The notes under the pieces are model-generated. The model made no database searches. It worked only from the letters and a program-made list of their open reading frames with translations, and was not told where the DNA came from. Below, in pieces: positions 23,981 to 36,931 of a stretch of DNA of 64,000 nt. The DNA is from Podospora anserina (Eukaryota): NCBI GenBank assembly GCA_017654855.1, contig CM030332.1, positions 5,394,001 to 5,458,000 on the forward strand. The letters run 5' to 3'. Every line of letters begins with the position of its first letter. Positions within the stretch are counted from its first letter, which is position 1. The position numbers and the translations under genes are program-made.

Positions 23981-26352
23981 ATGCGCTCCCTCAAACGCAA
24001 CTCCCACCGTCTCCGGGCGATACGCCCACCAACCTCCCTCCCAGCTCCTCCCAGAATCTTTTCCGCACCAATATCAACCCACCCCTCGGCCTCCAACGAC
24101 GTGACAAGCATCACACCCATCAAGTCCCTCCTCATCGCCAACCGCGGCGAAATCGCCCTCCGCATCGCCCGCACCGCCTCTTCCATGGGCATCCGCACCA
24201 CAACCCTCTACACCGACATCGACGCCTCCTCCCAGCACGCCAAGTGCACTCCCAACTCCCTTGCCTTGGGGCCAAACACAAAGGGCTACCTCAACGGGCC
24301 GCAGATTATCGAATTGGCCAAGAAGCACGGCATCGAGGCTCTTCACCCTGGTTACGGCTTCCTAAGTGAGAACCCCACTTTTGCCCAGGCGTGTGAGGAT
24401 GCGGGGATAGTGTTTGTTGGGCCGCCGCCAAAGGCCATGTTGGATATGGGTGATAAGGCGAGGAGTAAGATCATCATGAATGCAGCTGGTGTGCCTTGTG
24501 TTCCGGGGTATCATGGGCCGGAACAGAGCGTAGAGGAGCTGAGGGGACACGCGAGGGAGATTGGGTACCCGGTGCTGTTGAAGAGTGTCAAGGGTGGTGG
24601 TGGAAAGGGCATGAGAATTGTCCTCAAGGATGAGGAGTTTGAGGCGCAGATTGCCAGTGCTAGGCAGGAGGCGAGGGCGAGTTTTGGCGACGGTGGGGAG
24701 GTGATGCTTGTGGAGAAGTATGTCGTGAGGCCGAGGCATGTGGAGGTGCAGGTGTTTGCGGATAGGTATGGGAACTGCGTGGCGCTGGGCGAGAGAGATT
24801 GCAGTGTGCAGAGGAGACATCAGAAGATTTTGGAGGAGAGCCCGGCGCCGGTGTTGGATGATGCGACGAGGCATGATTTGTGGGATAAGGCGAGGAAGGC
24901 GGCGTTGGCGGTGGACTATGTTGGGGCGGGAACGGTTGAGTTTATTCTCGACAAAGATACTGGGAAGTTTTATTTCATGGAGATGAACACGAGGTTGCAG
25001 GTCGAGCACCCTGTCAGTGAGATGGTCACCGGCACAGATCTCGTCGAGTGGCAGTTCCGGGTTGCTGCTGGCGAGAGACTCCCCTTGACCCAGGACGAGA
25101 TCGAGGCGCGGATCCATGAGCGTGGTGCGGCTATCGAGGCCCGTATCTACGCCGAGAACCCCGACAAGGGCTTCTTCCCCGACTCCGGCAAGCTGGTTCA
25201 CCTGATTACGCCCAAGGTCAGCGAGGATATCAGAATCGATGCTGGTTTCGTCGAGGGTGACACCGTTTCCGAGGCATACGACGGTATGATTGCCAAGCTG
25301 ATTGTCCGCGGCCGCGATCGAGAGACTGCCATCCGCAAGCTCGAGCTTGCTTTGCAGGAATACGAAGTCGTCGGTCTGAGCACAAACATTGAGTTTCTCA
25401 AGCGTCTCTGCCGAAGCCAGGCATTTGTGGAAGGTGACGTCGAGACAGGCTTCATCGAGAAGTGGAAAGACGAACTCTTTGAGCGGAAACACGTCTCAGA
25501 CGAGGTCTTCGCCCAGACCGCTCTCGGCCTGTTTACCTCCCAAACCAAAAAGACAACATCAGGACCTCACGGTGAGACCCTTGGGTTCGGCGAAGCTGCC
25601 ACTCAAGGGTCGAGGAAATTCGCCTTCCAGGTCAAGCGAGACGACGCAGCTGCCGAAACCTCAGATGAGGCTCCTGAAGTTGTCCAAGTGGAAGTTACCC
25701 AGCGGGGCCACTCCCTTTACAACGTTTCTGTTTCCAGAAGCACAGACGCCTCAACCGCTTCGCCAGTTGTCTACGAGAATATCATCTCCGAACCCGGGTC
25801 GGCGGTGGCTGCTTCGCACAAGTCACAACTGACAACCTTCTTCCCTCGGGCTCGTGTCGAAACAACACTTGTTCAGGACCCCGGCGCCCCGGAGAAGTTG
25901 GCCGTCTTCCAGCTCGGTGAAAAGACGGAGCTTACTCTTGTGCAGCCGGGATGGTTTGAGAAGGCGCTTGGTCTGAAGGAGGCTGCCGCGAGCGTGGTGG
26001 CACCTATGCCTTGCAAGATTTTGAGGAACGAGGTCTCGGAAGGACAAGAGGTTGAGAAGGGTGCTCCGTTGGTTGTGTAAGTCTTCTGATTCTTTTGAGT
26101 TGCGATCGGTTGGCTGATACAAGGGTGAATAGCATCGAGTCCATGAAGATGGAGACTGTTATTCGATCACCACAGAAGGGCACAGTCAAGAAGCTGGCGC
26201 ATAAGGAAGGCGTAAGTCATACATACCCTGTCCCTCTCTGGTATCATGAACAAGCTCATGCTAATATTTGTCGATAGGATATCTGCAAGGCCGGTACAGT
26301 ACTTGTGCTCTTTGAAGATCCAGATGCCACACCGGCTGCTGGCTCAGAATAA
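23981..26352 (+). CDS. mccA: 3-methylcrotonyl-CoA carboxylase biotin-containing alpha subunit, mitochondrial; two 3' introns (~26077-26132, 26212-26277)
   Basis: LLIANRGEIA, HPGYGFLSEN, GGGGKGMR, RDCSVQRRHQK, EMNTRLQVEHPV, ESMKM biotinylation motif; Arg/Ser-rich presequence. Confidence 0.9.
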
Positions 26353-26751
26353 AAAAAGCTGCTCAGTTTACGATAAGATGAAGGGATGATTTGCAGATTT
26401 GAAGATTTGGCACGCGTCTACCTATCTTGTTAGATGGTAGATAAGATATGATGAGCGTCAGTAAACAAGGCCAGCAAGCAAAAACAGTTTTCATCCCGTT
26501 TCAATCATTTGTACCTCTGGTGCCTCAATGTGACTTTAACCTTTTTTTTCTTTCCACTATCAGACTACCGACACTAATCATACAGAATTCTCACCTGTCC
26601 AAAGAACCACCTGATCGCTTTCTTCGCCAATAGCAAACTTGATCATTCATTTTCATATCCCGCCACACCCCTCCCTTCTCAAAATGGTATATCTTCTCAT
26701 CGCTCTTCATTCCCCCAAATCGACGACGACTGAAAAGAAAAAAAGAAAGAC

Positions 26752-27643
26752 TTAAGCATACTCATCTTTAACTCTCCTCCCATCCCAACTCCTCCTCGAC
26801 CCGGCCGTCCCCGAGCTCTTCCTACGGCCAAAGGTGCTGCCCGACCACCTCTTGTTCGTCCTCCCCACCCCGTCACTCGCGTGCCCCCTCCTAGCAACGC
26901 AGTACAGAACCGTAGCAATAAACATGGCCGCCCAGCTTCCCCAGCTGAACCCAAACCCGTACGCCCCCAAATCAGCATTCCTCCCATCAGCAATAAACGC
27001 GTTACGTGTCTTGACAAAAGTAGCCCTATAGATAATATCCGTTAGCTTTTCCTCTCATGCGCATACAGTATCATCAAAAGAATGAAAACTCACGTCATCA
27101 GCGCCACAGCCACACTCAGAAACAACAACCCCACACTGCTAACCGTCGCAATCAACCCAGCCCCCAACCGTCCCAGACAAGCCAGCCAGCTCCCCAAAAA
27201 CGCGCAAGTCATAAAGAACAAGGCGATGAGATAGAAAACCCAGCCAAATCGCCACAGGTACCAATACTGGTAGCTCGTCGTGCCGCCTCCATAACTCCCA
27301 ATCAGTTCCTGGGGCACATTGTCCGCATCAGTAGCCCAGGCGTCACCCAACGGTAACCCGGGACGGGCAGGGCCGCAGTCGGTGTTGTCTATCCCGCAGA
27401 TGCGGAAATATGTCCACTGAGATATGCCCCGGGCGCCGGTTATGCCGGATGTGTCGGCGCGGAGGAAGTAGGTTTGGCGGAGGGGGGAGGTGGAGGTTAT
27501 GCCTGAGAGGAGGGTGAACCAAAGAAGAAGGAGGGAGACGGAGAGGAAGAGGGTGGCTAGGAGGGAGATGAGGCCTGGGAGGGGAAAATTAGTGATGATT
27601 GTTGGGGCGGTGGTGGGAAGGAAGACTTACGGCCTGCTGCCAT
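26752..27643 (-). CDS. SUR7: SUR7/PalI-family tetraspan eisosome membrane protein, two introns
   Basis: YFLRADTSGITGA..SQWTYFRICG..NTDCG, YWYLWRFGWVFYLIALFF, RNAF..DGRNADLGAYGFGFSWG. Confidence 0.85.
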
Positions 27644-29420
27644 TTTGAATAGTTAATGGCGTGACCAGTGTTGGTTGGTGGTTGTGATAGGACTGTGAGT
27701 TGATGTGTCGGAATGGTGAAAGAAAGAAGAAATATGTCGCGACTTGAATGAATGACCCAAAGGAGTGGAAAGAAAAGAAGGGTTCAAAACGTCGACGTTG
27801 TACTTGACGGCTTGAGGGGTAGCGTACCACTACTGGGACAAGTGACAAAGAGAAGGCCCCCCCCGAGTCAGGAAACCCGTTGCGTCACAACTTTTTTGGT
27901 GGTGGATATGAGATGGGCACCACACGGGATCAGATCGGATCGGATACGTGATCGGATGGATGGGCGCGCAACGTTGTATATGTGTGGGGATTTTGGGTAG
28001 AAAATGAGAGTCGCGTACCTTGAGGGGGAGGGTTTTCGTGTTAAGTGGTTGCAGCAAGGGACGGTGTGAGGAATGTGAAGCTACTAGGTAGGAAGCTCGT
28101 GTGCGACTCAGGTGTGAGAGCAGGATTAGAGATTAAAGCATAAGGATACGGCAAACAGTATGAGCAGAGGAGGTCTCTAGGTATGTATATGAGTGAGTTT
28201 GATAATTGGTTAGGTATGTAAGTGAACAGAGAAAATGAGAGCAACCGGGAGAAAGACCGGTGGGATATAGCAAGCAATTGGTAGTGACGATGGGAGTAAC
28301 GGGGCGGGGAGTGGGGATCATGCTTCTTTTTGCTCCCGTCACAGCCAGAAGAGCCAGTTGATATCAGGTGAGCATTCACGGCCATGACTAATATCAGCCC
28401 AAGCTCTGCGTGTCAATCATCTTTGCCAGCAAAAAGCCAAAGCATTGGTGAGAGCTTTCACACATTGCTCGTGATATGGGATGAAAGGACGAAGCTGATG
28501 TGGGGACTTCTTTTGCATGGAATGACGCATGCGCTCCATCAACTTTCTTAGCGGCACACCCCTTGACTTTTGTTTCTAACCAATCACAACCCACAGATAA
28601 AGCCCCGCACCAGCTGGCGTCGATCAAAGGACCCCACGATTTTGTAAAAGGAATTCTTGGGCAACGTCATCCGATCCAGCTCATCTTTTTGCAAACCCAT
28701 TGGGAACCGCGTTCCGAATGCACCGCGCCGAGATGCGTATTCCTTGAAGGAATATTCTGAAAGCTTCTGTGCTGCCTGTCAAAGCCTGCAAACCACAAGA
28801 TGCCGGAGACCTCACTTCTTGTGCTTCCAACTGTCATCCCATCATCGGTCTTATCATGAGGTTTGGAAGTAGTACGTGGCGTGACGTTGAGCTGGACGCT
28901 GGATTAGGTGTGAGACATACAGTAGCAGAGCAGACGAGGGCGCGGATCTGAGAAGTCACTTGAGACATGGAAGAAAGACTCGCGGTTTTTGCGCGATCCG
29001 CGGTTCAGATATTCAGACTTCAGCCCTGGTGTAAGTGAATGGTGGACAGGACTCTGATGCATCGTCGAAGAAGGTGAACAAGACAGAAGTCCAGAGAGTG
29101 TAACACAAATTCAGCCAGGATGCCGCTATCTTGAGGCCATACTCCACCTACCACAACATCAACATCCTCTGTGGCGCAATTGGCTAGCGCGTCTGACTGT
29201 TAATCAGGAGGTTGGAAGTTCGAGCCTTCCCGGAGGAGTTGTTATTTACATTTGAGGGTTATTTTTGCTACTCATGGCGGCAGAACGAATATGTTCATGG
29301 TGTTTTACATTTTTGTGGTGTTCATGCTATTAAATAATGTGTTGGTGTGTGTTTGGTATCGCCAGTTGTGGCTTCAAATATCTACAGTATAGCCAAAAGC
29401 ATCTCTCTTCAGGCCCCTGT

Positions 29421-31148
29421 TTATGCCAACCCAGCAACACCGAGCGCACCAGCCGCAAAATCATTCCCAAATTCCAAATCAAGCCCCTCGAACCCATCCT
29501 CCACCAGCCACGACCTCCCCTTCTCAGGTGTATACAAGACCTCACACGCCCTCCCCACAACCAACAACCCAGGCGGCCTGCTCCCCTCCTGCTCAATCGC
29601 CTCCGCCACCCTCTTCAGCGTGGTCCTGATAACCCTCTGATCAGGACAACTCGCCCTCTCAATCACGGCACACGGCGTATCAACCGGCCACAACTTCCTC
29701 CTCCCCTTCACCTCCGCAGCCTCCTGCTCCTCAGGAAGATACTCCGTCAGCTCAGCAACCAGCCCAGTGATCCTATGCAGCGCCATCAAGAACACCACCG
29801 TCCTGCTCTCCACAAACTCAGGCGGCACCGGCGCCTTCCCCTTCTTGCCCGTCCCGGTGCAGACCAGCACCTGATCCGCCACGTCCCTCTGCGTAGGCGG
29901 CACACCCGCGAACAGCGGCGCCGACAAGCTGCTCGTTATCCCAGGTAGAACCACCACCCTGTCACCGAGCCCGTGCTGTCTGAAATACTGCACCTCCTCC
30001 CCTCCCCGTCCATAAATAAACGGATCCCCTTGTTTCAGTCTGAGGACTGTCTTCCCCTCCTTCACCCCAGCCAAAGCCTGCTCGAGGAACTCCTCCTGTG
30101 CCCTGTCCGCATTCCCGGGAAACTTCTTCGCGATGCTAACCGGTGTCCGGCGGGGAATCAGATCCAACACCCCGGCAGGAACAAGTTTATCGGCCAGGAT
30201 CAAATCAGCGGATTGAATCGCCTTGTACGTCGCCCTCGTCAACAAATCGGGATGCCCCGGCCCGCTTCCCGCGAGGATGACCCTCCCGATTTTATCTCTT
30301 GGCCCATCACCACCAGTCAGTGATGGTTTTTGTTGCTGTGACTGGTGGTACGAGTTGAGAACCCCCTCCAGTATCTCCTCCTCACTTATCGCCGCCAGCC
30401 GTCTCAGAGGCCAGTACTCGCACACTTGGCTCAGCCACCTCATCCTCCTAGTCTTCTGCTCCTCTTCGCTCTCTTTGCCCTCGAGGACGAGCTTGTTGAA
30501 ATCAGAGGTTTGGTCGACGCTGTCGTCTAGACCTTCCGAGTCCAACCCAGAAGAAGAAGAGGATTTATCCTCGGCGATGATCCTCCTCCTGACATCGCCC
30601 AACCTGGCGACCGCGCTCCCGAGACCTTGGGGCAGGCTGGCGGCGATTTCTCGTCTTATCCTAGAAGCGAGCTTGCAGCCCCGGCCGTTGGTGGTGACGC
30701 CTATTTGCAGAGGACCGTCGAGGTGGGTGGAGAGAAGAGAAAAACTGCATAGTGAAGGGCAGTCGACGACGTTGACGGGGATGCGGTTCTTTTTGCAGAG
30801 GGTTGAGATTTGAGGGACTGAGGGGTCCTTTGGGGAGAGGGTGATGAAGACTGCGTCGACTACGTTGTCGACTTCTTCGCGGCCGAGGGTGAAGAGGTCG
30901 GTTGACTCAAAGGGACGGGAGAGGTGGGTTAGCTGGCCCGAGGTGATGTATTGGGTGAGGGTGTAGTGAAGTTCTTCTGGGGGGGTGGGGGAGACGAGGA
31001 TTGGCTTCGCGCCAGCAGAAAGAGAGTGGGTTGCTCGGGAGGCGGCGAGGGGGTTGGAGCCGATGATGAGGTGGGTGTGGCCTGTTGAGTGTTGGGCTGT
31101 GAGGAGGGAGATTGGTGTTGGTGAGGGTAATGGTGGGTTGGCGGCCAT
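29421..31148 (-). CDS. MET1: Siroheme synthase / uroporphyrinogen-III C-methyltransferase (575 aa)
   Basis: RIPVNVVD, LQIGVTTNGRGCKLASRIRRE, LAGSGPGHPDLLT, RLKQGDPFIYGRGGEE, VLPGITSS. Confidence 0.93.
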   Translation of the reverse strand: MAANPPLPSPTPISLLTAQHSTGHTHLIIGSNPLAASRATHSLSAGAKPILVSPTPPEELHYTLTQYITSGQLTHLSRPFESTDLFTLGREEVDNVVDAVFITLSPKDPSVPQISTLCKKNRIPVNVVDCPSLCSFSLLSTHLDGPLQIGVTTNGRGCKLASRIRREIAASLPQGLGSAVARLGDVRRRIIAEDKSSSSSGLDSEGLDDSVDQTSDFNKLVLEGKESEEEQKTRRMRWLSQVCEYWPLRRLAAISEEEILEGVLNSYHQSQQQKPSLTGGDGPRDKIGRVILAGSGPGHPDLLTRATYKAIQSADLILADKLVPAGVLDLIPRRTPVSIAKKFPGNADRAQEEFLEQALAGVKEGKTVLRLKQGDPFIYGRGGEEVQYFRQHGLGDRVVVLPGITSSLSAPLFAGVPPTQRDVADQVLVCTGTGKKGKAPVPPEFVESRTVVFLMALHRITGLVAELTEYLPEEQEAAEVKGRRKLWPVDTPCAVIERASCPDQRVIRTTLKRVAEAIEQEGSRPPGLLVVGRACEVLYTPEKGRSWLVEDGFEGLDLEFGNDFAAGALGVAGLA

Positions 31149-31669
31149 TGTGAAGTTTGCGAAGGTGTTGATGATCCGACACCAGCGGGGATGATGAGTT
31201 CAGCTGCTGGTGAGGCTGTCAACTGAGATGACAACCATATAGAAAGTATCGTGTGATGATAAGAGACTCAAGTATAGCCTTCAACTCAGGAGCAAAAGTT
31301 GGAGCTTGTTTGACTCAAAAGAGAAGAAAAAAAGAAAAACAGTGCTGTGGTCAAGAACAAAGCCGGGTCGAGAGATATCTTTTTAAGCATCCCCAGTATC
31401 CCGTCTCAGGAACCGTTCAAGCCTCCGAGAATTACACCTCCCTGTCCAATGTCAAGCTGTCCCCGGCTGCAACTCTACAAATATCTTTTGAATCTCCGCT
31501 GGTGACTCTTCCCATCATGCGTGGGATACTCAAACTCTTTATGTAAGCCCATGAAGCACGCGAAGCCTCAGAGGCAAACCAGCCAGTCACAGGCCTCGCT
31601 TCTCGACTTACACGAATAAATTCTTTCTGTTTTGGCGGAGAAGCTGCCTCTTAGCACGGTTAGCGGCCG

Positions 31670-31783
31670 CTGACGCCATTTCACGAGTTCCGAATTTCAG
31701 GGGGTACCCCCCATCTTATCGCCTTATCGCCACCCCGCGTTCGCTTGCTCCGATTAGGGGCCGACTTCCACTCACCTCCGCGG
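31670..31783. promoter_or_regulatory. Motif cluster upstream of MET1: CYS-3-like site, tandem GATAAG, NirA-type CTCCGCGG
   Basis: CTGACGCCAT 31670-31679; CTTATC 31715-31720 and 31723-31728; CTCCGCGG 31776-31783. Confidence 0.4.
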
Positions 31784-32532
31784 GGAAAAGGAGAGAGGTG
31801 TCGGAGATGTTGCCTCAGCCTGCCCTATCTCTCACTCTTGTTCCCAGAGTTGGGAACCAATGATGAGCTCAAGATCATCGCTGTGCGTTATCAGTGCTGA
31901 AAAGCCAAACAATTGCATCGTCGAACTGAAAAGACCATTCGCACAGGGTGTATCCGATATGGTCATGTGTATAGCTGCAAACTCGATAACGATCTACTCC
32001 TTTATGGCAGCAGCCTCTTCTCGATTCGCAGGACACAATGAGCAACAAAAAAACACGCCTCAGAACAATTTGACAGATTAAAAACATTTTACAGAAGCGA
32101 AACCTCAAGCCCCTCGCAACACGGCAACCTCTTGATCTCCCAAAAACCACCCCGACATGTGCCTTTTCCACCTCCAAATGACTCGCCCCCAGATTCTTCT
32201 GCGTCTTATCTGGATGTTTGAGAACCCCAGACTGGTGTTGAGCAGTACGTGATCACATACCCCTCTCGTCGTTTTGCGGACCCGATGGAAAAAAAAATAT
32301 ATATATGTACAATACAAATGAAACTGCCTCGTGAAGCGCCGGAGTCGTCTGGATTCTTTAACCCAAAAAACATCTGCGGAAGAATGATACCGAAAAACAA
32401 AATTGGTCTGTTGAGAACACCATAAAAGGACCAACGCCCGGTGTTGCTGTGATGATATGGTCGTGATATGAAGCATGGGCATTCGTGTGCCCGGCCGATC
32501 CTCGTGGGTGGTTGACTGGCCGAGAGAGTGCG

Positions 32533-33440
32533 TTACATGACGGTGCACTTGGACTCGTCTCGTTCCTTCTTCACAGACAAGGCAACCCGCGCGGCTTCGG
32601 TGAAGGCCTCGTTAACTCCCCTATTGCGCATGGCCGAACACTCGAGATACCGGAGGGCGTGGATTCGGCGCGCAACCTCGAGTCCTTGGTCGTAGTTGAT
32701 CATAGGCTTCTTTTCTCGTGGGTTGCCGTCCTCGTTGGCACCATCCTCTTCCTCGTTCCCTTCGCGGAGATCGCACTTTAGCGCGACCAGCACAAGCTTC
32801 ACCCCTGGGCAATTATCGGCGATCTCGCCCACCCATTTGCTCTCGACGTTTTCAAGCGAATCTTTGCTATCGACCGAGTAGCAAAGCATGATCAAATCGG
32901 TGTCATCTGGGCTTATTGTCAGTACACCGTCAACTAATGACGTACGACGTGTGGCTGTGGGATATACCGTAGGAAAGACTTCGTAGTCTGTCGAATTCTT
33001 CTTGGCCGGCTGTGTCCCACAGTGAAAGCTCAATGTGAACATTGTCAACAAAAATATCTATCAACCTCCCAGTTAGCGCAAGTCCCAGAGCCTTTGACTC
33101 TCCTCATTGGATGTTCCTCCAAAAACGCACCATGGACGTAGTTTTCGAAAACCGTCGGCTCGTAGACCGTTGGGAAGTAGCTGTGGGTCAAAGTTGAGTA
33201 TATTGCTCGTCAAGATAGGGGCGGCAACATTGCGCAGACAACAACATACCCTCTGGTGAAGACATTGAGCAACGATGTCTTTCCGCAAGCACCGTCGCCG
33301 CTGTTTCGGGACCAAGGTTAGATGGACTGCACAGACATCATGGTGAAAGCTCCGAGGAGCTCCACAAGACCAATCGGGGCAACTTACAGCAAGACGAGCT
33401 TGCGCTGCACTGTTTTGGAACCCCCGAGACCGCAAGGCAT
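32533..33440 (-). CDS. RHO3: Rho3 small GTPase, four introns
   Basis: [85 protein letters not shown]. Confidence 0.93.
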
Positions 33441-34917
33441 TGTGCGAGTGTGGGCGAGACAGGAAATGGGATACTTGCTTCGGTATGCGGATGGACCTGG
33501 TGGTGAGTTGGGACGGCAGCGCGTGGGCTATGGCAAAGACAGTGGCAGTAGCAAAAGCAAGGTGCGTTGTTCGTTGCGCGCGCGAGTGGTACTATCTCTA
33601 TTGAATTCGGTTTCTTTGCGATGGACGTCGGACTGTGGATCGATCCGAACTGTCGGGGCGAGATAAAATAGTAGTTTGAAAAAGTAAAAAAGCAGTGGAC
33701 GAAGGTTTGGGACACCAGAAGTTGCAGGCAGGCAGGTGACGGACGGCGGGCGGGTCAAGTGTGTGTCAATTGAACAAAGTACTCGAGCAGGCGCGTGCAG
33801 AAGACGGCGGTGGTTTGGGCGGCGGCAGTGAGCGAATGTGTGTTACTCGGTACAGAATGCGCGACGCCGGTTTGGAGGTCAGAATCAGAAAATGAGCGGA
33901 AGGGACTTGGGAACGTGGGAGGCTCCAAGATAGATCCGGGGGGTGAAATTGAAGCCGGAGATGAAGTCAGCGAGATTGGCAGCGCACCAGTGACGACCCG
34001 CCCCTGCCCACAGTGGATATTCGAGGTTCATAGCCAAGTATTAGCGGCTTTCCAGCTTGCCAGTTCCAGACCATGAAGGGCACGGTGCGGATTTGGGAAA
34101 TGGGGGGTAGCGCTGTGGCTGTGGGGCGCGACTCGGTTCAGTGTTAGCGCTCACTAGGGCCTGCCGGCGAATTTATAAACGTCGGGGGGGCGGATTTTGG
34201 TGGTAGGGCTCTCCTGAGCATCAGAATGCGATATCTTAAGATCCAGAAATTGTCTTTAAAGCATAACTACCTGACATACGTTGTGTTAGTATCCTGTGCT
34301 TGTCCGATTGGGTAACCCTTCGAAATCCCTTCAGTCGGCTAGAATGTATCGTGCTAACTGCTTACTCTCACCACTCACCTTCCATGATGAGTATTCCCTT
34401 AGAACTAACAGCTCGATGACACCCTCCCGCCACCCCACCACCTTCCCGTCTAGATTCCCGCCAGGCAGTGAACTTGCATCAATAAAGACAGATATCGATT
34501 GCCTATAACTTGCTCAGCTCTCGGCATCCCTCTCCTCTTCACATGCAGACGGCATTCAGTTCGACAGATAACCCACCTGGAAGTTTCAACAAAAAGTCTC
34601 CCGCCCTATGATCAGTTCACCTTGTGCCAAATCAGTCCTGACCTTGGCGGTATAGTTGTTCTCGATACTAAAACCAGGGTATCATTCTTGACGCGGGCTT
34701 CCACCAACGATGAACCTTGTATCTTAAATGAACAGACTTCTGCGGCCGACGAGGATATATCCTTACAAACTTCTCCTTCCTCCTACCCAACTACCATCTT
34801 TGCGAGAACTGACCTGTTCTCCGGGTATCAAATGTATTTTAAAACCATAAACATGCTTCCTTATGCCGAATACCACTCCATAACCTTACATCCTTGTCCC
34901 ATGAGACCTAAAACCTG

Positions 34918-36084
34918 TTACCGTCGCTCCGCCCGGTCTGCAATCTTCATCTCGGCCGCTCTGCTGTGAAGTTTGTTGGCAAACCCAGCATCACCACCGT
35001 ATCTCTTGTTGCGCTGACGAGCCAAGTCCTCTGCCTCCTTTTCTGCCCGCTCTCGAGCCTCGATGGCAGCAAGCCTCTCTTGGCGGGTTTTGTCCAGGTC
35101 GGTAGCCGCCTCTTGCATGGCGGCAAGCTTACGCGCACGCTCCTCCTCCTGCGCGCTGCGGTCCTGGTTGCCACTGCGATCTTCAAAATCCCGGCGAGGC
35201 CTGTCCCGTCTCTCGTCATTCTCTCGTCTGCCGCGGTTGTCTCGTCTTTCATAGTTGTCTCTCCTATCGCGGCTATCCCTTCCATCACGGCTCTCCCGCC
35301 TGTCGCGACTGTCTCTCCTATCACGGCTGTCTCTTCTGTCGCGGCTGTCTATTCTGTCTTTACCGCGGCGCTCGGGTGAGTCTCTTCTGCGTCTTCGTCG
35401 ATCATCATCGCGAGAGTCGCGTCGTCGAGGACTCCTGGATCTGTCCCTGGATTCTGACCTGTGCCGTCGGGAACGCCTCTCGCCATCTTTGTCGTCGTCA
35501 CGGTGACGGTGTGATCGGTGATGGTGGGAGCGATGCTTGTGCCTCCTCTCTTCCTTGCTCTTGGATGACTGGGGGTCTTCGATACCCATCGACGCGAAAA
35601 TTTGCCTCCTCTTGACTGGGTCGTTCATCATCTTTTCATATGCCTCTTGTTCCTGTCTCTTAATCGCCAGCAGTGGGTCCTCCCTAATCTTTGCGGCGAC
35701 ATCTCGAGGGTTAGCGATAGCTGGGGTCGCAGCAACATCCTCGATCGCAGACTGCTTCGAGAGCTTCTTCACCTCGTTATCCTGAAGCAGTTTGTCGATG
35801 CGGCGCTTCCCCAGCAGGTAGGCCTCGTTTTCCGCGGCATCTCCAGCCTGCCCAGTCGGCCCAGCGTACATCCATTCGACGCGATCAATTTTGCGCTTGC
35901 CGCCTGCCGCCTCGAGCGCCTTTTGAATCTCCTCCTTTTTTCGCTCCTCTTCAATCTCCTGGAGTCGCTGTTGGAGCTTCTTGCGTTCGGCAATCGCTTC
36001 GGCTTCGGCCTTTTGAGTGGCTGCGAGATTGGCTGACCGCTGGGGATGCCAGCTCTTTTTCATGTTAAGGTCTCCGGAACCCAT
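34918..36084 (-). CDS. CWC25: Pre-mRNA splicing factor Cwc25 with Arg/Asp-rich repeats
   Basis: MGSGDLNMKKSWHP, RVEWMY, EAYLLGKR, KIREDPLLAIK; RDRRDS repeats. Confidence 0.92.
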   Translation of the reverse strand: MGSGDLNMKKSWHPQRSANLAATQKAEAEAIAERKKLQQRLQEIEEERKKEEIQKALEAAGGKRKIDRVEWMYAGPTGQAGDAAENEAYLLGKRRIDKLLQDNEVKKLSKQSAIEDVAATPAIANPRDVAAKIREDPLLAIKRQEQEAYEKMMNDPVKRRQIFASMGIEDPQSSKSKEERRHKHRSHHHRSHRHRDDDKDGERRSRRHRSESRDRSRSPRRRDSRDDDRRRRRRDSPERRGKDRIDSRDRRDSRDRRDSRDRRESRDGRDSRDRRDNYERRDNRGRRENDERRDRPRRDFEDRSGNQDRSAQEEERARKLAAMQEAATDLDKTRQERLAAIEARERAEKEAEDLARQRNKRYGGDAGFANKLHSRAAEMKIADRAERR

Positions 36085-36931
36085 CTTGTCGGTATTGTTG
36101 ATGCTCTCACGCTGCGTTGAAGTGGGTGATGGAAATGTTGTTGGTGGAAACAAAACGCAGTGAGCAGAGAAGAGGCGAAAGTGATAGGTGTTTTGCGACC
36201 GCAATTAATTGTGGGGCTAGCATGGATGCAGGGGTCTTAGCTTTCGGGCCCAAGTGCCACATGAATGCTGGACCCTAACCCTGGCGCTTACCCAGTGAAT
36301 TACATGTCACTTGCGCGTTTCGAGGCCAACATTTCAAACTTTCTCAACCGTGTTAGCAATTTGAAAGAATGATCAATCGACCACTTAAGATAGCAGAGAG
36401 GTGTCTTGGAATAGCGAGCAAACTTTTGAGGATCTTTAAATATGCTCAAGAGGTCTGCTGAATATCATTTCAGCCCTTTGCTTTGTCGTAGTCTCCATTT
36501 TCCTGCCTACATTGGATCTCTTGCTTAAGGCGAAAATAACCAAAGAAAAGGCACTTGGACTCTGAGCTACTATTTGGGTAGTCAGAGAAAGTAAGGGGAC
36601 CTGTTGCTTTCCGACTTGGAAGAGTAGCCCCAAGCATCTATCAATACATGTTTTGCACATGTCTCGAAATTGTTTCCCATGAGATAATATGCAAATAGCG
36701 GGAACCGGCTCGTACCCTTGCGCGGCCCACAGCACTACCCCACACTTGGCAACCAGATCCCCACCATCCCAATCACCTTCAGCCTTACCACAACTGCCTG
36801 GAACAACCTCCAGCGGGGAGCTATCCTGGAAACAACAACTCTCGATTTTCGGAGCTCCCAAACTCGCGACACCACATCATCGCCACACCAATTAGGTACC
36901 AGATCGATTGGTAAACGACTCAGTCATCATC

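Noticed and set aside
23981..26352. Leucine-catabolism cluster (mccA-ivdA-mccB as in Aspergillus)
   Set aside because: Only the alpha subunit is present; neighbours are unrelated
31860..31929. C/D-box snoRNA-like ATGATGA...CTGA...CTGA
   Set aside because: No terminal stem and no rRNA-complementary guide recognised
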